Assembly (NCBI GenBank): GCA_965202805.1
Contig: OZ241869.1
Location: 928,001-992,000, forward strand
Direction: 5' to 3'
Origin: Longimicrobiales bacterium
GTDB lineage: Bacteria > Gemmatimonadota > Gemmatimonadetes > Longimicrobiales > Gaopeijiaceae
DNA length: 64,000 nucleotides
Part shown: one piece after another, positions 42,335 through 52,094 of the stretch
How the letters are laid out: the number at the start of each line of letters is the position of its first letter
Position numbering within the stretch: position 1 is the first letter of the stretch
Program-made: the position numbers and the translations under genes
Notes under the pieces: model-generated
The model's database searches: none
What the model was told of the DNA's origin: nothing
The model's input: only the letters and a program-made list of their open reading frames with translations

Positions 42335-44038
42335 TCAGAACGCCCGCAGGATGAGGAACGCGGCCAGCAGCACGGCGACCCAGAGCACCATGCTTCCGGT
42401 CGGCCAGGAGCGGGCCAGGGCGCCGTGCGGGCCGGTATGGCGGAAGGCGTTGCCGAGCGCCCAGTTGACTCCGCCCATGGCGACACCGCGAACGGTGGAG
42501 TCCGCCGTCCGGATCACCGATCCCACCCGCCGCACGATCGCCGGAGCCAGCTTCCTGTAGGTCCACTCCACGTCCAGGTTGACGGCGCGGATCTCGTCGG
42601 GATAGATGCGCATCAGACGGAACAGCACCACCGCGCCGATCGCGAAGGCCAGCAGCTGGAGCTGCGTCACCACGTGCGTGACGTCGTAGGGACTGTAGTC
42701 CACGTCGTACGGCAGGAGGTCGTAGAGCAGCCACGGCATCGAGCCGATCGCGATGCAGCCGACGGCGCCCACGGTCATGGCGGCGAGCATGTTCCAGGGC
42801 GGCTCGCGCGTGCGGATGCCCGAGTCGTGTGCGAAGAAGGCGAAGAAGGGGATCTTGATGCCGGCGTGCTCGACCACGCCCGCGGAGGCGAACAGCATCG
42901 CGAGCCAGATCCAGTAGTGGTGCTCCTCGAGCAGGGCGCTCATGATCAGCGCCTTGCTGACGAAGCCGTTGAAGAGCGGGACCGCCGAAATCGAGGCCGC
43001 TCCCACGATGCACAGCACCGTCGTCCACTTCATCGTCTTCCACAAGCCTCCAAGCTCGGAAGCCTTGGTGGTTCCCGTGCGATAGAGCACCGCGCCCATC
43101 GACATGAAGAGCAGGCCCTTGAAGAGCACGTCGTTGAAGGCGTGCGCGACGGCCCCGTTGAGGGCCTTCGCGGTTCCCACGCCCACGCCGCACACCATGA
43201 AGCCGATCTGGTTGATCATGCTGTAGGAGAGGACGCGCCTGAGGTCGTTCTCGATGACGGCGAAGAAGATGGGGTAGCAGGCCATCACCGCGCCGACGTA
43301 GATGAGCAGTTCGGTTTCCGGGAAGCCGCGCGCAAGGGCGTACACCGCAACCTTCGTAGTGAACGCGCTCAGGAAGACGGTGCCCGTTGGCGTGCTCTCC
43401 GGATAGGCGTCGGTCAGCCAGTTGTGGACCAGCGGGAAGGCGCCCTTGACCGCGATGGCAAGGAAGATGAGCCATCCCGAGAGGCCCTCAAGCCCGATGT
43501 GGTCGAAGGAGATGCTCCCCGTCTGCGCGGCCCGCGCCATCGCCCCGGCCAGGAGCGCCACGCCCGACACCACCTGGATCACCAGGTAGCGCATGCCCGC
43601 CCTGCGCGCCCGCTCGGTGCCGCGCGCGAAGATGAGGAACACCGAGCTGACGGCCAGCACCTCCCAGAAGAGGAAGAGCGTGATCAGGTCGCCCGCAAAC
43701 ACCGCGCCCAGCCCGCTCCCCGCGTAAACGAGCGCCGCGGTGTGCTGGAGGGTCGCGGAATCCTCCTTCTTCAGATGCAGCGAGTAGAGGATGGCGATGA
43801 ACGCACCGAGGTGGAACAGATAACCGAAGAGCAGGCTCAATCGGTCGGCTCGAACAAGCGACAGCTCGTAGCCGAGGATGCCCAGGGAGAGCCCGAAGTT
43901 CTCGGGGATGCCCGCCACGTTGAGCGCTCCCAGCACCGGGACGGCCAGCAGCAGGACGTAGCGCGGCCATCCGCGCACGAAGGGCACCAGCAGGGCGCCG
44001 GCAAAGAAGATTGCGAACGGAGGGAGGCTAGTCGGCAT
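42335..44038 (-). CDS. mrpD: Mrp Na+/H+ antiporter subunit D-like (third paralog)
   Basis: FLFWE, HNWLTDAYP, FTTK, LSYS, FKGLLF and PLFNGFVSK motifs. Confidence 0.88.
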   Translation of the reverse strand: MPTSLPPFAIFFAGALLVPFVRGWPRYVLLLAVPVLGALNVAGIPENFGLSLGILGYELSLVRADRLSLLFGYLFHLGAFIAILYSLHLKKEDSATLQHTAALVYAGSGLGAVFAGDLITLFLFWEVLAVSSVFLIFARGTERARRAGMRYLVIQVVSGVALLAGAMARAAQTGSISFDHIGLEGLSGWLIFLAIAVKGAFPLVHNWLTDAYPESTPTGTVFLSAFTTKVAVYALARGFPETELLIYVGAVMACYPIFFAVIENDLRRVLSYSMINQIGFMVCGVGVGTAKALNGAVAHAFNDVLFKGLLFMSMGAVLYRTGTTKASELGGLWKTMKWTTVLCIVGAASISAVPLFNGFVSKALIMSALLEEHHYWIWLAMLFASAGVVEHAGIKIPFFAFFAHDSGIRTREPPWNMLAAMTVGAVGCIAIGSMPWLLYDLLPYDVDYSPYDVTHVVTQLQLLAFAIGAVVLFRLMRIYPDEIRAVNLDVEWTYRKLAPAIVRRVGSVIRTADSTVRGVAMGGVNWALGNAFRHTGPHGALARSWPTGSMVLWVAVLLAAFLILRAF

Positions 44039-44366
44039 CGTAGTAGTCCTCCGACCGCATCACGATGCGCCTGAGCCCCTTGGCGGCCAGGATCAGGCCC
44101 GCCACCCCGAAGAGCCCCCACAGCGGGTAGAACGCCTTGAGGTTCTCCCAGGGATGTTCGATGTACCGGTCCACGAAGAAATCGGCGATCACCAGACCGG
44201 CGGAAATCACGAAGAACGTGCCCAGGATGATGCGCGTCGCCTTCGGGCCGACGCTCGAGGGCGGGTGTCCGGCATCGTGCCCGTCGTGACCGCCGCCATC
44301 GGAGCCGTGGTCGGACGGACGCCCGGATCCGTAGCCGCTGTCGTGAACCGAGTCTCGCCTGTTCAT
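44028..44366 (-). CDS. Small 2-TM protein of the mrp cluster with a His/Gly/Asp-rich N-terminus
   Basis: Two hydrophobic helices, FYPLWG, and C-terminal MRSEDYYD overlapping the next gene. Confidence 0.75.
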   Translation of the reverse strand: MNRRDSVHDSGYGSGRPSDHGSDGGGHDGHDAGHPPSSVGPKATRIILGTFFVISAGLVIADFFVDRYIEHPWENLKAFYPLWGLFGVAGLILAAKGLRRIVMRSEDYYDAD

Positions 44367-44403
44367 CACGTCACCCCTGCTTCATCGTGCTTCCTGCCCG
44401 CGC

Positions 44404-45879
44404 TCATGGCCCCGCCACCATCGAAATCAGCTGGAAGAAGGGGTCCGGGTACACGAAGAGCGCGAAACAGCACAGGCTCGTGATGACGATCGCGATCAGC
44501 GAAGGGAGCGGCGCCTCGTGTATTCCTCCGTTCGCGTGCCCGTGTCCGTGGGGGTTGGAAGCCGGGCTGAAGAACGCCCTCACCGGCACGATCATCAGAT
44601 ACCCGATGGACAGCAGTGAACTCACCATCAGCACCGCCACCAGCCCCACCTGGCCCGCGTCCAGCGCCCCGAGACCCAGGAACCACTTGCTCCAGGTGCC
44701 GCCCGCGGGCGGCAATCCGATAATGGAGAGCGTCCCCACGAAGAAGGCGGCGAAGGTGACGGGCATGGTGCGCCCCAGGCCCTTCATGTCGCTGATCTCG
44801 GTCTTGTGCGCGGCCACCATGACCGCGCCCGCGCAGAAGAACAGGGTGATCTTGCCGAAGGCGTGCATGACGATGTGCATGCCGCCGCCGATGATCCCCA
44901 TGGTGTTGGCCAGCATGGCGCCCAGGACCACGTAGGAGAGCTGGCTGATGGTCGAGTAGGCCAGCCGCGCCTTCAGGTTGTCCTTCCGGAAGGCGACCAG
45001 GGACGCCAGGATGATGGTCGCGGCGGCCACCCACATGAGCCAGACGCTCGCGCCCAGCTGTGTGAGGAAGTCGATGCCGAAGACGTAGATGGTGACCTTG
45101 AGGATGCTGAACACCCCCGCCTTCACCACCGCCACCGCGTGCAGCAGCGCGCTGACCGGGGTGGGCGCCACCATGGCCGCGGGCAGCCAGCGGTGGAAGG
45201 GCATCACCGCCGCCTTGCCGATGCCGAAGACGTAGAGCGCCAGCAGCACCGCCACCACGCCCGCCCCCGCCCTGCCCTCCAGGATTCCGCCCATCTCGAA
45301 GTCGATGGTTCCGGTCAGCAGGTAGGTCCAGATGATGGCGAACAGCTGGAAGGCGATCGACGTGCTGAGCAGGATGCCCAGGTAGACCCGCCCCGCCCGC
45401 TTCGCCGCGTCGGTCCCCGCGTGCGTGACCAGCGGGAAGGTGGAGAGCGTCAGCGCCTCGTAGAAGATGAAGAGCGTGAACAGGTTCCCCGCGAAGGCGA
45501 CCCCCATGGTGCAGGAGATGGCCAGCGCGAAGAAGATGTAGAACCGGGTCTGGTTCTGCTCGTGATGCCCGCGCATGTAGCCGATGGCGTAGAGCGTGGT
45601 CACGATCCAGAGACTGCCCGCCACCAGGGCGAAGATCATCCCCAGCGGCTCGACCTCGAGTTCCAGGGGGATGCCGGGGAGGGGCTCCGCCAGCACGAGG
45701 CGGGGGATTTCGCCCGCGGCCACCGCGCGGTGGATCTGCATCACCACCCCCAGCAGAACCCCGCCGGTAATCAGCGATGCCGCCTCGCGCAGGTTGGGCT
45801 GCGCGCGCAGGAGCCCCACGAGTCCCGCCCCGACCGCGGGGATGACGAGGGCGAGAAGCGCCAGCTCGCCGGGGTTCAC
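44404..45879 (-). CDS. mrpD: Mrp antiporter subunit D/A-like (second paralog)
   Basis: FIFYE, WLPAAMVAPTPVSALLH, RLAYST and HAFGKITLF motifs. Confidence 0.88.
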   Translation of the reverse strand: MNPGELALLALVIPAVGAGLVGLLRAQPNLREAASLITGGVLLGVVMQIHRAVAAGEIPRLVLAEPLPGIPLELEVEPLGMIFALVAGSLWIVTTLYAIGYMRGHHEQNQTRFYIFFALAISCTMGVAFAGNLFTLFIFYEALTLSTFPLVTHAGTDAAKRAGRVYLGILLSTSIAFQLFAIIWTYLLTGTIDFEMGGILEGRAGAGVVAVLLALYVFGIGKAAVMPFHRWLPAAMVAPTPVSALLHAVAVVKAGVFSILKVTIYVFGIDFLTQLGASVWLMWVAAATIILASLVAFRKDNLKARLAYSTISQLSYVVLGAMLANTMGIIGGGMHIVMHAFGKITLFFCAGAVMVAAHKTEISDMKGLGRTMPVTFAAFFVGTLSIIGLPPAGGTWSKWFLGLGALDAGQVGLVAVLMVSSLLSIGYLMIVPVRAFFSPASNPHGHGHANGGIHEAPLPSLIAIVITSLCCFALFVYPDPFFQLISMVAGP

Positions 45880-47354
45880 GGAGCACCTCCCAGCAGGGCG
45901 CGCGCCGCCTGGCCGGCGACGCTGGTGGTGAGGGTGGCGTCGATGCCGAAGTAGAGGTTGGCGGCGATGAGCGCCCAGGTGGGCACCAGCAGCGAGAGCG
46001 GCGCCTCGGTAGCGGACTCGGCGCGCGCGGACGGGTCACCGAAGTAGACGGCCTCAACCACCCGCCAGATGTAGACGACCGCCATGGTCGAGGTGACGAG
46101 CACCAGCGCCGCCACCGGCCACATCCCCTGTTCGAGCGCCCCCAGCACCAGGAACCACTTGCTGACGAAGCCCACTGTGAGCGGCACCCCGATGAGGCTG
46201 AGGCCGCCGGCGGTGAAGGCGGCCATCGTCCAGGGCATGCGCCGGCCGAGGCCGCGCAGGGCGTCGATGTGGACGGAGCCCACGCGATACATCACGCACC
46301 CGAGCGCGAGGAAGAGCGCCCCCTTCATGAGCGCGTGGTTGAAGAGGTGAAGGGTGGCTGCCGTCAGCCCGGTCACAGAGGCGAAGCTGATCCCCAGGAT
46401 GATGTAGCCGATCTGGGCGACGCTCGAGTAGGCCAGCATGCGCTTCACGTTGCCCTGGAAGATCGCCACCAGCGACATGGTGAAGATCGCGACCAGGGCG
46501 AGCGGAAGCAGCCACATCCCGAGCCTCAGGTCCCCGAAGGAATAGGCGGCGCCGAAGACGGTGAAGAAGAAGCGCAGCAGCACGTACACGGCCACCTTGG
46601 TGGCGGTGGCGGCGAGGAATGCCGTGACCGCCGAGGGCGCGAAGGTGTACGCGTTGGGAAGCCAGAGATGCAGCGGGAAGAGCGCCAGCTTGAGGCTGGT
46701 GCCGACCGTGAGGAAGGCGAACGCCACCAGGATGGTCCGCTCGCCGTGCAGCGCCGGGAGGCGCTCGGCCAGGTCGGCCAGGTTCAGGGTGCCGGTCTCG
46801 ACGTAGAGCAGCCCGATGCCGATCACGATGAAGCTCGCTCCCACGCTGCCCATGATCAGGTAGCGGAAGGCCGAAACCAGCGCGCGCCGGTCCGAGCCCA
46901 TCGCGATCAGGGCGTAGGCCGAGAGCGAGGAGATCTCCAGGAAGACGAAGATGTTGAAGGCGTCGCCCGTGATGGCGATGCCCAGGAGCCCGCACAGGCA
47001 CAGCATCCAGGCCCCGTAGAAGAGGGGGATGCGGCGCCCGTCCAGTTCGCGCTCCACGCTCTTGAGCGCGAAGGGCGTCACGATCACGCCGATGCCGGCG
47101 ACGATGAGCAGCACCAGGGCATTGACGGCGTCGATCCGGTACTCGATTCCCCAGGGGGCGGCCCATCCCCCGAGCGCGTAGCGGATCTCCTCGCCCTCCA
47201 GAACGCGGGACAGCAGCCCGATGGCGGCGAAAAAGGCGGCCACCGAGCCCGCGAACGCGATCCCCCACGAAACCCGCTTCCAGGGAACCAGAACGCACAC
47301 GGCGGCCGCCAGCAGGGGCACGACGATCTGAATGGCGGGGAGGTGCGCGCTCAT
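45876..47354 (-). CDS. mrpD: Mrp antiporter subunit D
   Basis: DAFNIFVFLE, KLALFPLHLWLPNAY, KRMLAYSS and NHALMK motifs. Confidence 0.9.
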   Translation of the reverse strand: MSAHLPAIQIVVPLLAAAVCVLVPWKRVSWGIAFAGSVAAFFAAIGLLSRVLEGEEIRYALGGWAAPWGIEYRIDAVNALVLLIVAGIGVIVTPFALKSVERELDGRRIPLFYGAWMLCLCGLLGIAITGDAFNIFVFLEISSLSAYALIAMGSDRRALVSAFRYLIMGSVGASFIVIGIGLLYVETGTLNLADLAERLPALHGERTILVAFAFLTVGTSLKLALFPLHLWLPNAYTFAPSAVTAFLAATATKVAVYVLLRFFFTVFGAAYSFGDLRLGMWLLPLALVAIFTMSLVAIFQGNVKRMLAYSSVAQIGYIILGISFASVTGLTAATLHLFNHALMKGALFLALGCVMYRVGSVHIDALRGLGRRMPWTMAAFTAGGLSLIGVPLTVGFVSKWFLVLGALEQGMWPVAALVLVTSTMAVVYIWRVVEAVYFGDPSARAESATEAPLSLLVPTWALIAANLYFGIDATLTTSVAGQAARALLGGAP

Positions 47355-47755
47355 GCCCTCGCTCCCTCGGCCGCCTCGTCGGCGAGCACCTGTTCCTGGA
47401 TCTCGTCCTCCTCGACGGTGCCGTAGGTCTCCCTGATGCGCACCACCAGCGCGAGCGCCATCGCCATGGTCGCCACGCCCACCACGATCGCGGTGAGCAT
47501 GAGCACGTGCGGGAGGGGATTGGAGTAGAGCACCTCCGCGCCCGCCTCCCCTGCCCCGTGGTCATCCCCGATCAGGATCGGCGCGGTCCCGCCGACGATC
47601 TTCCCGGTGCTCACGTAGAAGATGATCACCGAGGTCTGGAAGATGTTCAGCCCGATAACCTTCTTGACCAGGTTGCCTCGGGAGATGAGGGCGTAGAAGC
47701 CCACCATCATCAGGAAGATGACCACCCAGTAGTTGAACAGGCCGAGAACTTCCAT
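47351..47755 (-). CDS. mrpC: Mrp antiporter subunit C
   Basis: NLVKKVIGL and NPLPHVLMLTAIVVG motifs. Confidence 0.9.
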   Translation of the reverse strand: MEVLGLFNYWVVIFLMMVGFYALISRGNLVKKVIGLNIFQTSVIIFYVSTGKIVGGTAPILIGDDHGAGEAGAEVLYSNPLPHVLMLTAIVVGVATMAMALALVVRIRETYGTVEEDEIQEQVLADEAAEGARA

Positions 47756-48178
47756 CTACCCGGCCCTCCGTCTTCCGGCGAAGCCGTAGAAGAGGGTGAC
47801 CATGACCCCGAAGACGGTCACGAGGACCCCGAGCTCGACGAGCAGAATGCCGATGTGCTGGGCGTGGCTGGCGTCGTGCAGGAGAACGCCGTAGTCGAGG
47901 TAGTTTCCGCCCATCAGCATCGCCACCACCCCGACGCCGCCGAAGATCAGCACCCCCAGGGTGCCGCACCACATCACGACGCCCATGGGCAGGACCGCTT
48001 TTGCCCGGTCGAGTCCGAAGACCAGGGCGTAGAGGATCACCCCCGCCGCGAAGATGACGCCCGCCTGGAAGCCGCCCCCCGGCCCGTAGTCGCCGTGGAA
48101 CTGGACGTACAGGGCGAAGAGCAGGATCGGCCCGATAAGGATCTTGGCGGCGATGCGCAGGATGATCTGGTCTCTCAT
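47756..48178 (-). CDS. mrpB: Mrp antiporter subunit B (MnhB domain)
   Basis: HGDYGPGGGFQAG and ELGV motifs. Confidence 0.88.
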   Translation of the reverse strand: MRDQIILRIAAKILIGPILLFALYVQFHGDYGPGGGFQAGVIFAAGVILYALVFGLDRAKAVLPMGVVMWCGTLGVLIFGGVGVVAMLMGGNYLDYGVLLHDASHAQHIGILLVELGVLVTVFGVMVTLFYGFAGRRRAG

Positions 48179-48786
48179 GACGCGCCGTCCGGATCGTCGT
48201 TCCCATCGCTCGCGCCGCGCGCTCCCGCTCCACGCCGTCTTCCCGTGCCGACGAAAAGAAGCAGGACTCCCACCATGGCGGCGAAGACGACGGTGGTCTC
48301 GCCCAGCGTGTCGTAGCCGCGATAGCTGGCCAGCACGGTGGTCACGATGTTCGGGATGTGCACCTCGAGCGCTTCGTCCCCCGGCCCGGCGAGGGGTACG
48401 TGGTCGGCCAGGTACTCGGGCGCGACGTGGCCGTGGATGGGGTTGTCGGGCTGGCCCCATCTGGGAAGGTCGTATGTGCCGTACACCAGCATGCCGCCGG
48501 TGACGAGCACGATCAGCAGGGGAATCAGCGGCGACTTCGCGTGGCGTTTCTGCCGGGTTCCCACCAGCGCCACCGTGCCGAGCGCCAGGATGGTCGATAC
48601 GCCGGCGCCCACCGCCACCTCCGTGAACGCCACGTCCACCGCGTCGAGCACGACGAACAGCGCGGCCGACAGGAAGCTGTAGATGCCCATCAGCATCACC
48701 ACGGCAACAAGATTGCGCACCCGCAGGACGGCGATCGCGGTCACGGCCAGCAGCCCGAGGAGCGCGAGGTCGACGGCGGATTCCAT
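48175..48786 (-). CDS. Mrp subunit, DUF4040/MbhD-E-like (detached MrpA C-terminal part)
   Basis: AVDVAFTE and PNIVTTVLASYRGYDTLGE motifs. Confidence 0.85.
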   Translation of the reverse strand: MESAVDLALLGLLAVTAIAVLRVRNLVAVVMLMGIYSFLSAALFVVLDAVDVAFTEVAVGAGVSTILALGTVALVGTRQKRHAKSPLIPLLIVLVTGGMLVYGTYDLPRWGQPDNPIHGHVAPEYLADHVPLAGPGDEALEVHIPNIVTTVLASYRGYDTLGETTVVFAAMVGVLLLFVGTGRRRGAGARGASDGNDDPDGAS

Positions 48787-48787
48787 C

Positions 48788-49108
48788 TCAGTCCCCTCCC
48801 TCGTCCTCGTGCACGACGGGCTCGACCTTGCCGTGCAGGGCGGCCTTGGCCAGCGCATGGGTCGCAACCGGACTGGTGAACCACAGGAAGCCGAGGATCA
48901 TCGCGAGGCGCAGCGTCACGCCGTCGAACCCCGTCTGCAGCATGAGCCCGGTGAGGATGAAGAAGCTGCCCATGGTGTCGGTGAGTCCGGCCGCGTGCAT
49001 GCGCGTGAAGACATCGGGCATGCGCAGGACGCCGATGCCGCCGACGACCACGAAAAAGCTGCCGAGGAGCAGGAGCGCGGGGCTGAGGTAGTCGAGGACC
49101 ATCTCCAT
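48788..49108 (-). CDS. mrpG: Mrp antiporter subunit G
   Basis: RMPDVFTRMHA and SPVATHALAKA motifs. Confidence 0.9.
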   Translation of the reverse strand: MEMVLDYLSPALLLLGSFFVVVGGIGVLRMPDVFTRMHAAGLTDTMGSFFILTGLMLQTGFDGVTLRLAMILGFLWFTSPVATHALAKAALHGKVEPVVHEDEGGD

Positions 49109-49401
49109 CAGCCGGACTCCGTCTCGCCGGGATGGGGCCCTGATGCGCCCAGGCTCCCGAACTGAAAGAACTTCAGCACCGCGATCGTGCCGATGAAGTT
49201 GAGCAGCCCGTATGCGAGCGCCAGGTCCAGGAATTCGGGCCGACCCGTGAAGAACCCGATGAGCGCGATGGTGAGGACGGTCTTGGTGCCGAACATGTTG
49301 ACCGCCAGGACGCGGTCGTAGACGGTGGGCCCGAGGAGCGCGCGAACCATGGCCATGCCCATGGTGACGAGCACGGCGATCGAGGCGCCGACCACCATCA
49401 T
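49108..49401 (-). CDS. mrpF: Mrp antiporter subunit F
   Basis: RALLGPTVYDRVLA and LLNFIGTIA motifs. Confidence 0.9.
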   Translation of the reverse strand: MMVVGASIAVLVTMGMAMVRALLGPTVYDRVLAVNMFGTKTVLTIALIGFFTGRPEFLDLALAYGLLNFIGTIAVLKFFQFGSLGASGPHPGETESG

Positions 49402-49964
49402 GACGCGCCTTCCAGGCGGCACACCCGACGATCCATCTCGCCCTCCTCTGTTCCGTCCAGCGCCTCCTCGGTAAGGGCGTGGATGCGGAATCCCTCGGCA
49501 TCCAGGCGCACCGTGATGGTGCCCGGCGTCAGGGTGATGGAGTTGGCGTAGATGAAGCGCCCCAGATCCGTCTTCTGATGCCCGTGGAAGTCAACGACCC
49601 GGGGCTGGATGGGCAGCCGCGGCGAGAGGATGACGCGGGCCACGGCGAGGTTCGACCTGAAGACCTCGACCACGAGCCAGGGGAGATAGAAGAGGAGCCC
49701 CAGGACGACGTGGAAGGGGGCCCCTTCCCTGTCGGGCAACTGCATCCTGGTCACCAGCAGCGCCACGCCCACGACCGACGCCGCGCCCAGACTGAGGAGC
49801 AGCGTTGTGTAGTGTCCCGACATGAGCAGCCACATGGCGTACCACAACAGGCACAGGCCGGCTACGTGCGCGACGGGACGTTGGGTCAAAAGCGAATGCG
49901 GGCGGCTGGGGGAGGCAGGGGGTTCGGCGACGGGCAACCTACCAAGTGGACTGTGCCCCGTCAA
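49398..49964 (-). CDS. mrpE: Mrp antiporter subunit E (start uncertain; TTG at 49889 possible)
   Basis: SNLAVA, ANSITLTPGT and HAL motifs. Confidence 0.88.
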   Translation of the reverse strand: MTGHSPLGRLPVAEPPASPSRPHSLLTQRPVAHVAGLCLLWYAMWLLMSGHYTTLLLSLGAASVVGVALLVTRMQLPDREGAPFHVVLGLLFYLPWLVVEVFRSNLAVARVILSPRLPIQPRVVDFHGHQKTDLGRFIYANSITLTPGTITVRLDAEGFRIHALTEEALDGTEEGEMDRRVCRLEGAS

Positions 49965-50517
49965 TGATCAGCTGGGCCAGTCGTTCGATCGCCTCTTCGC
50001 GGGCCACTTCCTCGGTTTCGGACGCTTCCAGGAACTGCCCCTGCGCGCTGAGGCCGCCGTTCTCCCACAGGATCTCGTTGTTGACCACGTCGATCAGCTC
50101 GACCTGAAGGCTGATGCTCACCTGCCGCTGCAGCACCTCGGGGCCGCCGCCCCTGTCCCCGGCGCGAAAGTTGGGGGTCCGGAGGTCGTAACGGCTGATG
50201 GTGCCGCGCAGGATCGCGTCCGCGTTTTCTTCCGCACCCTGGTTGACGCCCAGGCCTCTGGGAACCTCGCGCAGCAGGAACTGGTGGATTTCCTGGGTGA
50301 TCTCGAAGAGGCCGGTCTCGTTGTCGAAGGGAAGGATCGCCAGGCTCCGGATGTGATCCGGAAAACTGCCCCCTCGAAAGCTGTAGTTGCATCCCGACAG
50401 CACCACCGTGGCCAGAAGCGCCGCGCGCCACGCTACAAGGGAGAGGGTCGGGGCAACGGCGGGTCGTCCGCCGGCGGGGCGTTTCGATCTGGACGGGATT
50501 CGCGGACTCACGCTCAC
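49939..50517 (-). CDS. lptE: LPS-assembly lipoprotein LptE family
   Basis: Lipobox LSGC-NYSF, IRSLAILPFDNET, ADAILRGTI and terminal AIERLAQLII..W. Confidence 0.8.
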   Translation of the reverse strand: MSVSPRIPSRSKRPAGGRPAVAPTLSLVAWRAALLATVVLSGCNYSFRGGSFPDHIRSLAILPFDNETGLFEITQEIHQFLLREVPRGLGVNQGAEENADAILRGTISRYDLRTPNFRAGDRGGGPEVLQRQVSISLQVELIDVVNNEILWENGGLSAQGQFLEASETEEVAREEAIERLAQLIIDGAQSTW

Positions 50518-51224
50518 TCCTGGTTGCGGGGGAACCAGATGTCGGACGGATACGGCTCCACGCTTTCGACCGTGTCGAGCGTGAAGGTCAGCTCGCGGAA
50601 GTCGATGAGATTGCGGTAGGTCGCTTCGGTCGGAAAGCCATCCCGCAAGGGGAGCGACAGGGAGAGCCGGTCCACCGTCTCGCCGCCGCGCAGGAGAGCG
50701 AGGGCGGCCACGTCGCCGTTGCCGTCCACTTCGTACAGGAGATCCGGCCGGCTGCTCGAGTCATAGCTGAGATGAAACGTCCCGTCGTCCGCCTCCCATC
50801 CCTGGGCCAGGCGGTAGTCGCCTCCGGGGCGAAAGATGCCGAGGGAGGACCAGAAAAGAGCGGGCGGCGGGACCAGCTCGCCCGAAGCGCCTTCGGGAAG
50901 CCGGAGGTCGTCGCCCACGAGAGCCGCGCGCAGGACGGTCTCGCCCCGCCCCGTGAAGAGGTCCAGCCGCGCGCGGTAGGGGGGCTCCAGACGGGCGACC
51001 CCGCGCCCACCCGAGCGCAGCCCCGGTTCGCGCACGCTCCAGTCGAAGATGAGCCGCACCGGGGTGGTCAACTGCGAGCGTGCCTCGACCAGCAGCGCGC
51101 GGCGGTGGTAGTCGACGGTGGACGAGGCCGGGGGCGGCGGCAGAGGGACCTGCTGCAGCCAGCAGCTCGCGGTCAGCATGGCGCCGGCGAGGACAGACAC
51201 GCGCCGGAAGCGGGAACAGCTCAT
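50514..51224 (-). CDS. Hypothetical lipoprotein
   Basis: Basic N-terminus, hydrophobic stretch, TASC, Pro linker and a beta-rich body. Stop overlaps the lptE GTG. Confidence 0.7.
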   Translation of the reverse strand: MSCSRFRRVSVLAGAMLTASCWLQQVPLPPPPASSTVDYHRRALLVEARSQLTTPVRLIFDWSVREPGLRSGGRGVARLEPPYRARLDLFTGRGETVLRAALVGDDLRLPEGASGELVPPPALFWSSLGIFRPGGDYRLAQGWEADDGTFHLSYDSSSRPDLLYEVDGNGDVAALALLRGGETVDRLSLSLPLRDGFPTEATYRNLIDFRELTFTLDTVESVEPYPSDIWFPRNQE

Positions 51225-51290
51225 ACGGAATCGCGGTTTCAAGGCCGATGCGCTTGCCAGTGTGGGGACCACTGCCTACAACGATAATCG

Positions 51291-52094
51291 ATGTCAGACC
51301 GGAATCCGAGACCGAATCCCAGGAAGCCGCGGGGAGGTCGTTTGCCGGCCGGAAGGCCTGCCTACGTGGTGAGCGACGCCCACCTCGGGGCGGTGCCGGG
51401 CGCGCGCGCCGCCGATCTCGCGGACTGGTTGCGGTACGTGCGCGAACGCGCGTCGCACGTGGTGCTGAACGGCGACATCTTCGACTTCTGGTTCGAGTAC
51501 CGGAGCGCTATTCCGCGCGGGCACGTGCGTGTGCTCGGCGCGATCGCCGAGGTTGTGGACGCCGGCGTGCCGGTCACCTTTCTGGGAGGAAACCACGACT
51601 GGTGGGGCGGCCCCTGCCTGGCGGAAGAGATCGGGGTGTCCTTCCACCGCGCCCCCGTCCGCACGTCCCTCGCCGGGCGAAACGCCTACATCGCGCACGG
51701 CGACGGGCTGGGCCGGGGCGACTACGGCTATCGGGTCGCGAGCGGAATCCTCAGGTCGCGCGTCTTCCGCCGCGTTTTCCGCTGGCTCCATCCGGACCTC
51801 GGCGGCCGGCTGGCCACGTTTCTCTCCAGGACCGAAAGGCACGAACGGCGTCCCGGGGAAGGAAACCGCCAGCGCGCCAGGGCGCTCGAGGCGCTTGCGG
51901 TACGGAAGCTGGAGCGTGACGAGACCCTCGACATCGTGTTGTTCGGGCACACCCATGTCGCTGCAGTGGTGGAGGTTGCGGGCCGCTACTACGTGAACGC
52001 CGGCACGTGGATGCGCGAGCGATCCTATGCGGTGGTCGAAGCCTCGGGACCCCCGCGCATCGAGCACTGGAAGGACGGGCCGCCCGCGGACTAG
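51291..52094 (+). CDS. lpxH: UDP-2,3-diacylglucosamine diphosphatase (LpxH-like)
   Basis: Metallophosphoesterase motifs SDAHLG, GDIFDFW, GNHD, HGD and GHTH. Confidence 0.88.
   Translation: MSDRNPRPNPRKPRGGRLPAGRPAYVVSDAHLGAVPGARAADLADWLRYVRERASHVVLNGDIFDFWFEYRSAIPRGHVRVLGAIAEVVDAGVPVTFLGGNHDWWGGPCLAEEIGVSFHRAPVRTSLAGRNAYIAHGDGLGRGDYGYRVASGILRSRVFRRVFRWLHPDLGGRLATFLSRTERHERRPGEGNRQRARALEALAVRKLERDETLDIVLFGHTHVAAVVEVAGRYYVNAGTWMRERSYAVVEASGPPRIEHWKDGPPAD

Noticed and set aside
42335..49964. mrp cluster as a membrane-bound hydrogenase or complex I
   Set aside because: No NiFe large/small, NuoH-like or Fe-S subunits adjacent.
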